NCBI GenBank assembly: GCA_024137785.1
Contig: JAHRHZ010000079.1
Location: 11,960,896-12,024,895 of the forward strand
DNA: 64,000 bases
Direction: 5' to 3'
DNA from: Ginglymostoma cirratum
Taxonomy: Eukaryota
In this document: positions 24,086 through 36,290 of the stretch, one piece after another
Layout of the letters: each line of letters begins with the position of its first letter
Numbering within the stretch: position 1 is the stretch's first letter
Position numbers and translations under genes: made by a program
The notes under the pieces: model-generated
What the model was told of the DNA's origin: nothing
Database searches by the model: none
The model's input: only the letters and a program-made list of their open reading frames with translations

Positions 24086-27000
24086 GACTTTGGTGCCACA
24101 TTATTGGGTACAAACCTGAATCCCATGTAGCGTATCCATTTTTAGGCATGGAAATTGTTTTCATACACAGTCACTCTTCAGTGACATTGCTCAAGGCTAG
24201 TCTGGAATTTGTAGGTTAGGTGTAACATTTAGTGCAGTGTCTTTTCAATTCAAATAGTTGTGAATTAGAGAGCGAAGGAGTATAGAGAGGTGATCTTGGT
24301 CCATTGAGAAATTACTGAAATTTAGCGTGTTCAGTACAATGTGAGGTGAGACCTAGGAGTAGCTGATCAAAATTTGAAGATGGAATCTATCAAATCCTGA
24401 GAGACAATAGGGACATTGTTCATTTAATATGTCAAGGATCTGGGAGCTGGGATGACAGATGTTCTGAAATTTTGCTGATAAAGGTCTTACTTCCCCAATT
24501 ATAAATCTGGAACGTAGCTTTAACGCATGAGAATATTTTCTTGTAATTGGCAGTGACAGTGGCCTTTCACTGAGCTATGGCACATTTGCAGTTTTAAAGT
24601 TTTGGCTGCACTGCCCTGGACAGTATTAAATTAGCCATGATTTCAGAGGAGTTGTCCATCACCTTGATATTACAATGACTCCAGTGCATTCTGGAAATTG
24701 TAGTCCACTGTGCGTCACTTACAAAACAGTGCTGGGAGTTTCTGAAAACCAACTCCTAGCTCCTCATTTAGGAAAGCTTTACGTGCACTGTGCACTGGGG
24801 AATGCAGCAGAAGAGAAACCTCAAGCAGCAAAAGAAGGATTATGCTTGCGCAGAGTAAACTACTATGATGCATTGCCAGCATTTGTTGCTGTAAGTATTT
24901 TCAATATCCGTGCTGCGGTGATTTGGAGAGGGTTCCTATTTTATTGATGGAATAAGGCTTTCCTTGATTGGTATGCCATCCTACTCACTGTCACTGTCAA
25001 CTCAAACAAAGCAAAGCCATGCAGATACATATTTAAACATACACAAAGTATTGTTCTCCAGCTTCTATTTTACTGGTGGAACTTCAACGTTTAAAACAAT
25101 TAAAGGGAGTTCAACAAAGTACTTACAGACGTTTTTAAAGTATAATTTTAAGACAAAACATTGTGAGATTATCACCTCAAGGTGGCCTCGAACTACTTCT
25201 GATGACCAATTTGCACTCAAGTTTGATTACCATAAACAGTAGTGATGCAACATTCTGTAAAACTATGCCAGATTGGTATAATCTGCCTTAATATATTATT
25301 ACATTGATTAAAAACCTTCAATTAAAATCTTGTTAACTTTTAAGCCATTGCAGCCAAGAGAGGAAAAATATTAAAGGATATACTTGGAAATGGCCGTACA
25401 ATTGAACCAGTCCTCCATTTTGAAGCATTCAAAACAAGACAGGGAAGTGTATATTATTCACAATTTTTTCTTCCGGGAAGTCCAGAGGAAAAGAAGTAAA
25501 TGAGTGAGAGCCACAAGAATTGAACTGGCATTTTTAAACAGGCAGCAACTCCCAAATTTCATCATTAGCATTCCTTCCACTAATGAAACGTGTACTTCTG
25601 CAAGTATACTTGACTCATACAAACCGATTTCTGTATATTTTAATATTAAACAGTTTGCTTTGATATATTGTACTAAAATGCAGAATCTACCTAGCCTTTA
25701 TCTTCCTTTTGATATCAGATATTCTTAATCAATTGAATTGATACAAAGGTATTTGCTGTACATTGTTCTGCTAAGAATCTGTATGGCAACTGCACATTGT
25801 ACCTGACATTATTACTATTAATCGTCATTTGCTGTTTATAATTCCTACTACAAGGGGATGAATAAATCCATTGCATTTCTTGGAGGCCTGATATTCTGGA
25901 TTGGGTTTGAAAGTCATTTTTCTAATTATATTCCTGCATCAAATATCAACAGTGAAAGTCCTGAAATGTGAAGGACAGTTGTGAGGGCTAGCAGCTCCTT
26001 TACTAAGCAGGAGACTGAAATAAAGAAAATATAGCCTAGAGAAATTGTATCACATTTTACAGATCATTTATAAGATCTGTAAGATTTATAACACCCACTG
26101 CAGCTCAGCATTATTGATGTACCATCCTGATCGTGGGCTGAATTCACGAATCACCGCGCCTTTAAATCAATCACATCCCACCTACCGCTAGCACAAAGGA
26201 GGCTGGAGTTCTCAATATCTGCCATTGTGCAATGCTAATTAATAACTTCATTTCATCAAGGTGTGAATGTCAGCATCCATTCATATTAATGAGGCTATTT
26301 TAACGTGTGGGGTATTAGAGGCTGCAACTTCTGGGTATCCTAAGATTGCAATTCGATGCCAAAACTAGTTCAAAGTTTTGCTCAAGACTCAGTGGAGGGA
26401 AAAACATTCTTGTTACAGTCATGCACTGATGAAAGGATGGCTATAAATCCATCGGAAAAAAGAAACAGAAACAGAATCACAAATTGTTATGTTACAATAT
26501 GTTTGTTAATTTGTGTTACAGAAAGAAAGAAGAGCATTTTGATACAAACTTAGAAAGTCCTCAAAACATCCCAGGAAATAAGTGTTGCTTGGATGGGAAA
26601 TGCAGCAATTAATTCACATTAAGAAGAACTCGCACATTGTGAACATGTTCACTGGTCAATATCAGGAGCTTTGTTTGAAGAAAGATAACTAGACTGAGGA
26701 AAAGACTGTTGGCTGATATTCGGCTAGGTTGGCAAGTTTGTTCTTTTTCAAATATTCCATGAGTTTGGATGTTTAGCTGAAAAAGCAGACCAGGGTTTTG
26801 CTTAACCAGAAACACAAATGTGGCTATATTACAGTAGTATATAATAATGGCTTAAAGACCTTGGATTATGTACAATAGAGCCATGTGGACTTAGTTAGAA
26901 CCAGGCAAATTCTACAAAATAAAAAATAAAGGCTGGGTAGCATCCTTATTGATATGCTTTATTTTCCAGTTTGGGATTGGGAGGGATGAGTTGAAACAAC

Positions 27001-29798
27001 GAAAATAAGGGAATAAAATTAATGTCTTTTTCCCCCAGAGTGTTGTGACCATTTGGAATATGTTGTTGCTTATTCTAGTGGATGCTGAATCCCTGTGTGC
27101 CTACCAGAGAAAGCTGAAACAGTCCCTGGCTGGGGCAACAATCAGATGCCACTTAGTCCACGTAACCTCCCGGCATGGTTTTGATCGTAGTATAATTTCC
27201 CTTCCTTGGCCAAAGGCTAGAGGATGATGGTGTGTGTTGTATGCACTGCAGCACCAACCACTACCAGCTAATGGTTGGAATACAGTGCTGCTGCCAACTT
27301 TTCTCTTTACAAATAAACATTAAAAAAGTTACACAGCCCCTGGTGGGGATGTAGTAACAAAACTAAAAACCAAGAAGTCGACAGAAACATATCAAATCTC
27401 AATTAAAATGTAACTTCTTGGTGTGCTGATGTACTCCTGCCCCCGCAGCGAACACACAAGTCTCTATTGTATTGGCAGACACTGCATGCTCCTCTCTATG
27501 GACACCTGAGTGCCGTCATGACCACAGAAGAGGGGCAGACAGCTGGGCACTATGACCCCACCCATGGCCCACTGCCTGGAGTTGTTGGTGGCCACCATGA
27601 CTTGGCTTAGGATCAGACCCATAAAGTGCTCCTCTGGTCTGCCTACCCCGACTTCTCAATCTTCCTTTCTATACTGGGTCTAAAGGACCATTTGGGATAT
27701 CATGCTAGATGACAAATCATTAATGAATCTTAGGGAGAAGAACCTTTTGCTTTAGCAAGAGGTAGTTTATTGCATTACAGCAATACCTACAGATTACATT
27801 GGCTAGTCAGATGTAATCACTAAGACTATCAGGAGACAATGAGAACACATTCATCTACATTGAGATCGTGAGCTAGACTTTTTCTTCAAGACTGCATCAT
27901 CATCATATTTGGTGGTGCTTAATGCAGTCTCCAACATTAACCCCCTCAGAATCATTATATTTACCAAATGTGAGGGAGGGCAGAAGTGTTCAGTCATGCT
28001 GTGGCCATTATTCGGTGTTGCACACTTGATGGAGCGGTTCGCATCTTCCTGCCCATCAATGTCACATGTTCCAATCACATGCTGTGAAAGATTAGTGTGC
28101 TTTCCATGATTGCATCTTGGTATGGTTATCAATTAAAATAACAATAAATTAGTAACCTTGCTGTTCCAAAAGTGTCTACCATAAATTCTCCCTGCAGATT
28201 GATTTACTCTATAAAGATGAGGAATGGTGTCACCAGGCAGAGATTCAGTATTTGTCAAGTGCCACTCATATGACTCAGCACAAAGGGTGGAATTACTTTT
28301 TGTGGTTATGTTGGAGCATTATGGAAGCAAACAATTAGCCTTGCGCCTCTGGGAACCTATGAAGTAACAATTGGGAAGTAGTCAATGTATTGTCACAGCC
28401 CATGAGAAATTGGGCAATTGTGGGTTCAAAACAACTTCCTCCAGTCTCATAGACCACAATACAATGTTTTTCATTTTATTTTTCTGTTCTCCCAAACTAT
28501 TCTTTTTGACCTAAGAATATAATCACGATTCAGAAGAGATACACATTTTGTGCGTGACTATGATATGATTCCAAAGTATCAGGGGAAGCTAACAGCAGCA
28601 ACAGTATCAGTAATGTTTGATTTTGCTATTGATCTGCCACCATGATGTGAACCCTTGCCTCCAGCAGGGTCTCTTTGTACCTGATGAGGCAATACTTACG
28701 TTTGTTCCCATAACATAAGAATTAGATGTAGGTACAATACTGAAAGACTCGATGGATGTTTACTACAGCTTCTAATAAGTGTGTGATATACACATACACA
28801 TTTATTAGAAGCTGTAATATATATTACATATAATATGTATATTGTAGTCAAAGGAACTGCAGTAACTCATGTAATATTAAGCTATTTTAGTGGCAAGTAG
28901 TAGCATGCTTCCATCAGTATATCATGAATCCACGGCCTCAGTTACATTTATATTTTATATGTATAGTTATATATTTGTAAAGACATTTATACTCTTGGGT
29001 TGCATGCCATGATACGGTAATGATATCATGAGCATCTCTTTTAAAGCCATACTGCATACTAGCTTTGAGACATAACACAGCATCTGCCTTTTTCCAAAGG
29101 AAAAACAGATTGCCCAAACAGATATACCTCATTGTAAATAAGCAGATTTGTCTTGGAATTGTTGATCTGTTATATGATATGAGACTGTCTTCTGTAGATT
29201 TTACCATGGCATTCTACTTGTGGAGGTACATGTCTTTCGGGATGTGTTATGGTAATATGTTGGCACTAACTGCTATTTTAATTTTAGCTTTTAGGGTTTG
29301 TCAACATGCCATTTCAGGACACATGATTTAATTGTTGTAAATGCCTCTAACTACCTCATATCATCTAGACCTGAACCTCAAGTAAAGAAAATTTCTTCTC
29401 AATTATCATATAAAATGTAGGTGAGAGCTTGTTCTCAGAATGGTGAAATTCATCAAGCAAAGGCTCAAAACCATTTAAACAAGACTGGATGATTCATCTA
29501 ACTTGGTTAGAAGAAAGAATCTTAAATTCATCCATTATAATGAAAATCAGTTCAGGGATTAAAACGTTATCTAGCTGGAAAAGGAGAAAGGATGTAAGCC
29601 AATGGGAGCTGAGGTTAGCTCTGGATTGATTATTGGAGAATGAAATGTTCATTTAAGGGAGAGAATAAAATATTAGCTCAGAAAAATTAAACAGGTAATC
29701 ATTTCTGTAGTTTAGAATCTCTAAGGTTTTGGAGTAGATCTGTAGCTCGGGTTGTGGGTGTTGGGGTTGGTTGGCTCGCCGAGCTGGTTTGTTGTTCC

Positions 29799-29838
29799 GC
29801 AGACGTTTCATTACCATGCTGGATAACATCCTCAGTGC
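29799..29838 (-). ncRNA. Minimal type I hammerhead ribozyme motif (PLE-borne)
   Basis: Reverse complement reads GCA CTGAGGA TGTTATCCAGCATGGTAAT GAAAC GTC TGC: catalytic core, stem I GCA/TGC and a GUC cleavage triplet. Confidence 0.7.
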
Positions 29839-30255
29839 AGCCTCTGATGAAGCGTCGGTGTGTTTTCCTGCCTGGATTTTAAACTCTGGTGTCCATTGCG
29901 ATGGGTTGCCTCACTTCCGGGTTTCCTCCGTAGTGGAATGTATATGGGATTGAGTTCAATGTGTTTATTTATAGCCTGCTTCGTGGAGTGCCATGCTTCC
30001 AGGAATTCTCGTGCTTGTCTCTGCCTAGACTGTCCCAGGATCTTGGTGTTGTCCCAGGGGACAAGCTAGGCAGAGACAAGCACGAGAATTCCTGGAAGCA
30101 TGGCACTCCACGAAGCAGGCTATAAATAAACACATTGAACTCAATCCCATATACATTCCACTACGGAGGAAACCCGGAAGTGAGACAACCCATCGCAACG
30201 GACCCCAGAGTTTAAAAACCAGGCAAGAAAACACACTGACGCTTCATCAGAGGCT

Positions 30256-30295
30256 GCACTGAGGATGTTACCCAGCACAGTAATGAAACGTCTGC
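30256..30295 (+). ncRNA. Minimal type I hammerhead ribozyme motif (PLE-borne)
   Basis: GCA CTGAGGA TGTTACCCAGCACAGTAAT GAAAC GTC TGC. Stem II GTTAC/GTAAT, palindromic stem III ACGT. Confidence 0.75.
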
Positions 30296-32350
30296 GGAAC
30301 AATAATGTAGTTTAGAATATGTAACCCACTGACTTGTGTTTAGACAATTTTGCTTTTGGTTTGTTTATTACAGTAAAAGTCTTAAATCTTGAAATTTGCT
30401 GTGATCTTTCTAATCAGTTACTAGAAATTTAAATATCTTTCTAAAAAAACTATCAAACTCTATGCAGATTGTAACACATTGTAGGAATGTAAAATTTGCA
30501 TCTGGAGAGATAATTCTAATGGAAGAATTCTAATGCATACAAAGTTATATTAATTGTAACAATTTATAAAATCCTCATGTTCCATTACTAACATTGAGTC
30601 AGAGATATTACTATGAAGCGTGGGTATTGAGATGTGGAAATAGAGCATATATAACATTTACTCCATATTTGTTATGACTGATCAAAAATTGTTTGTAATA
30701 TAGTCATGCTTCTGGGTGTTTCGATGGTGTCGTTCAAAAGAAAATCTTTACTTCCAACTTACAAAACTGGTACCTACCTTTTTACAGCAGCGATTTTTTA
30801 TCATTTGGGAAGTGAGGTTAAGGGTAAGGGGTGTGATGTTGTGCATTTGGTGAATGGAATACCTTGCTATTAAAGCAAGATATCTGGACTGCCTTGAATA
30901 AATTGCATTCGGTTCAGACAGATTGTAAGTACTGCTGGTTTTTGTTGTTTTGAGATTCAGAGTTAGGTTTGCATTTCAAGATTGAGCATTTTTCAGAAAT
31001 ATTTTCCAGGGACATTAAACTGCCCTTTCAGGCTACTCAACACCTTGAAATAAGCATTGTATGCAGAGTTAATTCATTTCCATGCTGTGAATGTTACGTT
31101 TATCCGTAGAAAAATCCAACATTGCAACTCAAAGCAACTTCACAACATTTTCCAAGTCAATTTAGTGGGTTCACTTTCTCATTTCAGCTCTTTCTGACTA
31201 TTTTCATTTTTGAATAAGCTTGTTAAACTCATGGCTGTTCTGGTTACTGTTTGCTGGTTTATATTGTGCAAACCTATTCAGCTGTGCTTTGTCGGTGATT
31301 TATGAATATGAAGTTTCAGATGATGAAATGCAAGTGTGATACAGCAATTGGCACGAGTGGCAATTGACATATGATGTATATCAATGAATAGGTGCTTTTC
31401 TAATATTAAGAATATACTTCCTGTTGCTTTGCTCATTGTGAATCTGAGGTTGTTTTGTTTTAGTGGTATGTGTTAAGGAGCTAAGGAGGTTGGAAAGTAA
31501 TCATACCTCCAGTGGGGGAAAATAATGGAATGACAAATCAGACTTTATTACTTGAGTTTGACAGAAAACTTCAAAGAGGATGGGGATTTACTGAATCAGT
31601 TAAGCCTGACGGACCAGTCAGGAAAACCAGCAAACAAAAACAGGGAGTAAGTCAAAATGGAGTTTCAATGGATGCTGTCCAGTAAAACATCAACAGCAGA
31701 CAGGGTCAGCATTCCACTAAAGTTATTGTAGAAGTTTCAGGAAACCTGACTGAGAAAAGTGCTGGAAAGAAGTCATTATCATAATGCAAGACTGTGTAAG
31801 AGCAAACATTTCAAATGGTCAAATTTGACAAGGAAAATCAGCAGAAAACACTTATCAGCTATTTATTCACCATGCAACTTGGGGTGCAAAGGAAAAAAAA
31901 TAATTTAATGACTTAGGTTTGAAACATTACTGCAAAATATCTTCAAAATTACACCTGAAGTATATTTCTGATCTGATCTGAAGAGGCATGCCTTTGACCA
32001 ATTATAAATATCACAATAATTTCTCCAGTGTATAAGCTCTATTTTTGTATTGCAGTGAGAGTTTATTATTGTTATAGTGAATATAAGCAGCACACTTATG
32101 CCACCTTGGATTATCTAAAACAGGAAATTGATAGTATTTAAATGGGAAACCTTAATCAATCTATCGAATGTTATTCTCCAACTGATTTTCAAATGATTGA
32201 TAGAAAATAAGGAAGTTGTAGATGTTGTTGTATCATGAAGCAACTGAACCTTGCAGTATAGACTGAGGAATTCATTCAGATACACGCTGGGAAATGGAGA
32301 GTTCTTCAGGCTTTTTAGGCTTTTAAAAGCTTTCAACAAAACCTTAATAT

Positions 32351-32704
32351 TCATAGAATTCCTTCAGTGTGGAAGCAAGCCATTTGGTCCATCGAGTCCG
32401 CACTGACCCTCCGAAGAGCATCCCATCCAGACCTACCCGTACACCCCTCTATCTCCACAACCCTGCCTTTTCCACAGCTCATCCACCTACACATCCCGGG
32501 ACACTATGGGCACTTTCCCATGGCCAAATGATCTAATCTGCACATCTTTGGACTGTGGGTGGAACCCAGAGCACCCAGAGGAAGCCCACCCAGACACGGG
32601 GAGAATGTGCAACAGACACAGACAGTTGCCCGAGACTGGAATCAAACCCCGGTCCTTGGCGCTGTGTGGCAGCAGTGCTAACCACTGAGCCACTGTGCTG
32701 CCCC
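32351..32704 (-). mobile_element. HE1-type V-SINE, full length
   Basis: Minus strand ggggcagcacagtggctcagtggttagcactgctgccacacagcgccaagg...gggtttgattcc, then a V-domain and a HER1-like tail. Homologous to 11353-11655. Confidence 0.9.
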
Positions 32705-33729
32705 AATAATATTAGCATTCACAGATAAAAGTTCCATTTTTGTGGAAAAGCATAATTGTGATATTATATATGTATGTGTGTGTGCACACATGAGTTGTTT
32801 TCTCCCTTTTTACAAATTTAATTTTGCAAGTTTGATCTTTCAATTGCTGTGGTAAAAATTTCAGCAAATATTTATTTTAAACTTTTTGAGAAGTTTCATT
32901 TCTTATGTCTCAGGTCTGTTAGATTTATGTGAAACTGCAAAGCAGCAGATGAGTTCAGACAGCTACAGAGATATATTTTCAATCATTTTTGATTGAAGTC
33001 CATCAAAAACTGTGACAGGCCAGTACACATGGCTATACCTGTGCTAACGCACTGTTGTTATATCACTGTGAATATCAGTAACATCACTTGTAAATCAGAG
33101 GATTTCTGTTTCTATAAAGACAGAAAGAAAAGGACATGATAAGGATATTATATCATGAAAAGTAGCATGTAAGATTATAATCCTTTAGGCTAGGTAGGGG
33201 AGGGAATATTTTTGGTTTCACCAGATGTTTGAGTTCATTTTTAGACCTGTCTGGAAAGGAGAAGCCTGACTGTGTATGGTTATTGTGTCAATTAACAAAC
33301 CATGGACAGTGCAAAACATCTCCAGGAGGTAGAAAATATAAATGATTTTTATTTTAAAAATCATTATTTAAAAGTTTAAACTTTCATGAAGTTACAAAAA
33401 GCTCATACTTATTTAATTATTTGTTGTTTCTTTTCATGCATTTGTCTGCAGTTTGGTACGAAAATGTGAATCAAAGTCACAAACAGATTTTCAGTCTCTA
33501 GAGAATCAGTTGTTACACACTGGAGGATAACAGTTTTAAAACAAGGTCCGAGCCCACACTGAATGAAAGCTTGATATTCATTACTTACATTCCATTAACT
33601 CATGCTTCGCTGATTATTAGGACCAATGTTTATACAACCAATATCAACCAGTTAACACTGGGTTAATATTTCCATTGCTTAATGTTTCCATTCCATTGCA
33701 TCCCTTTAGAACTGACGAGATGTTGACTG

Positions 33730-34050
33730 CGGGGATATGAGGAGAGGTCAGGAAAGTGAAATCGATGAAGAAGATAAGCCATGATTATATTGAGTGGCAC
33801 AGCCCAGACTCAAAGAACTGCATGGTCTTCTTCAGCTCCTATTTCTTTCCCATATCTTTATCATGTGGAAAAACCAGAGGTCACAAATGGAAGATATACA
33901 CTAATAATCCAAAACAGATTTGAGGAAAAACTTAGTCAACCAGATAGTAGTAAGAATGGGAAATATGTTATCACAAGGAGTAGTTGAGGCAAATAGCATG
34001 GATGCATTGAAGGAAATGACCAGATGATGGAGAAAGGAATAGAGAGGTAT
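33730..34050 (+). mobile_element. Decayed CR1 3' fragments
   Basis: agataagccatgattatattgagtggc...ggtcttcttcagctcctatttct and gtagttgaggcaaatagcatggatgcattgaagg. Confidence 0.6.
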
Positions 34051-34054
34051 GCTG

Positions 34055-34465
34055 AAACAAAAACAGAAATTGCTGGAGAAACTCAGCAGGTCTGGCAGCA
34101 TCTGTGGAGACAGAAAGCAAACTTGACATTTCGATTCCAGTGAACTCTCTTCAGAACTGATGGCAGCTACAAAAGGTGAAATATTTATGCTGACGACAGG
34201 GATTGGGAAAGTAAAGGTGTGAGTGGATAGGTGGAGAGGGAGTCAGAGAGAGAGAGACAGAGAAAAAAAAGTTAGGCAGATAAGGGGACGGTTGATAATA
34301 AACCAGGGAAGGAGTGATGCTGACGATGAGGACAATGAGTAGTGAAAATGGATTGGCTATGCTGAAAGCAGTCCATGGTGTGACATGGTCTGGAGTGTGG
34401 AAACAGTTAAAGGAGATTGAAAGAGATGTTCAGGCTCTAAAGTTATTTAACACAATACAGAGTCC
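34055..34465 (-). mobile_element. Penelope-like element 3' portion
   Basis: Terminal unit aaacagaaattgctggagaaactcagcaggtctggcagcatc...tcttcagaactga, followed by a purine-rich UTR complement. Same layout as 57948-58520. Confidence 0.7.
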
Positions 34466-35874
34466 TGAACACCACCTTCCATGTCCTTTACCCACACCCC
34501 AGACCAATTTGGGCTGAATGACCTGTTCTTTTGCTGTAATTGTGGTACAAGGTAAGGTGAACTAAAATAAAATAGTTAATGAATAAGAACTCCATGGAAT
34601 TGTTACATAAGTATATAATTGAAAGCATGTGATCGATATGCAAACATTTTAACCACCTCTGGTGGTGTTGGACCTTTGGGACAGGGGACTGATTTTTTCA
34701 ACAATGAAGAAACTTTTTCTTGCAAGAGTCAGTGCTTATTCCAGAAGTCGTTCCTGCTGCTAACAAGCTCATTACTTGATACAGCCTCACTCCCTCCTTA
34801 TAAATCATTGTATGCACGAATCCCAATAATAAATTTGCATGTCACCTAATAAACTGGAACAAATTTAATTGAGGTGGAATACATTCGTATATCACATAGT
34901 AAGTTTGTTTAATTATCAGTAACAATCTCATATGAAGAATGCAGTAATCAAAAATAAATGGAAGTGGTTTAAGATTACTTCCCTGGCTTTGTGCTAAATG
35001 CTTCTTTGAATAAACTTAAGAGTTCTATGTGCTTTTTTTTAAACAGTCTTCTCGCCTTATCCAGCAACATCAAAGATTTGTGTGTATATAACCCTTTGTT
35101 TTATTTTGTTCCTGCACTTCTATTGTCATTTGTACCATTTAGCTTAGTTTCGGCTCCTCATTTTTGATACAAACCCAGAGCCTTTCTTGCTTCACTGTGT
35201 TAAATTTCCACTGCTGCGGATAGGATTTTTCACATGGCAGACGCTGCTGTGCTGCTGTTGAAAATGTCAGGAGGAGACACGTTCCTGTTGCTGTTGGAAT
35301 CCCAGCAGCCATTTAACACAGGAGTTTTAATAATTGACGAGAGACAGCATTCTGGCCCTCACTCGGGAACAAAGTACTGCCTCAAAATGCTGCTAGCCAA
35401 ACTTCAGGTCCCTCCATAACCCCGTCAGAAATGATGCCAACTGCTGTGAAAGGAAGTTGTCCTGCAGCCTACAGAAGGAAGACCAAAGATAATTTAAAAA
35501 ACAAGAGAATTGCCACAAAGAGGCAAAATCTTTCTGAAGCAAAGCACTGAGGACATTGGCACTGCCTTCCCTGCTTATGCAGTCCATTCTTTGTTTAGAG
35601 AAAACACTTTCTGTCTTGTACTGTTGCTGAGAGGTGACCTAAATTTAACTGGCAGCCTCCCCACCTGGACCACCAGTCTTCTGTTAGCAAAATGCCAACT
35701 CCTTGGTAAAATGGCTCTTAATAGGGCCTGCCTATTTGTCCTTTGTTTGTCCGTTCCCATCCACTTTATGTTTATTTTAGTTCAAAAACGAGTGCCGTCT
35801 GCAAATTTTGAAACACGATGCCTTGTATATTCAAGTCCAGGTCGTTAATGTACATCACCTTGCTCTCGGTAGTC

Positions 35875-36290
35875 ATTCTTAAGGAGCTTCTGAAAGTTGA
35901 GAGGTAAAACATTTTAGGGAAGAAAATCCAGAACTTTGAGCCTGAACTGATGAAAGCAGGGGATTTAATGATAGTAGGATAAAATTGTGGCAAGTATGAG
36001 AGACAAATTTTGGAGGAATTTCAAGATCGCAGGGGGATGACAGATACAGGGAGGAAGAAGTCATCCAAGTACTTGAACATAAGGATGCAAATTTTAAATT
36101 TGAGACATTGCAGGACTATGATACAGTGCAATTCAGTCAGCATCTGTGCAGCGATGGTGAATGGGACTTGATATAATTTAAGACATGGAGAATGAAGTTT
36201 TGTATGAATTGCTATTTACAAATGGTGAATGCCAATAGAAAGTCAAGTCTGGAGGTAACAGAAGCACACAAGTGTTTTTTTCAGCATATC
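35875..36290 (-). mobile_element. Old L2-clade LINE fragment
   Basis: ttaaggag...gggaagaaaatccaga...cttgaacataaggatgcaaattttaaatttgagacattg...agtcaagtctggaggtaaca resembles the reverse complement of the L2 ORF2 C-terminus. Confidence 0.55.

Larger units (their letters stand above)
29719..30305. mobile_element. Penelope-like element 3' end (GIY-YIG C-terminus plus terminal repeat) with inverted duplicate and 13-bp TSD
   Basis: The minus strand of the left arm encodes WDNTKILGQSRQRQAREFLEAWHSTKQAINKHIELNPIYIPLRRK. Arms ~29789-30036 and 30058-30305. TSD tgtagtttagaat at 29706-29718 and 30306-30318. Confidence 0.9.

Noticed and set aside
32630-32704. tRNA-like A/B boxes (also at ~11590-11655 and 13830-13916)
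   Set aside because: These are SINE heads continuous with SINE bodies, not tRNA genes.
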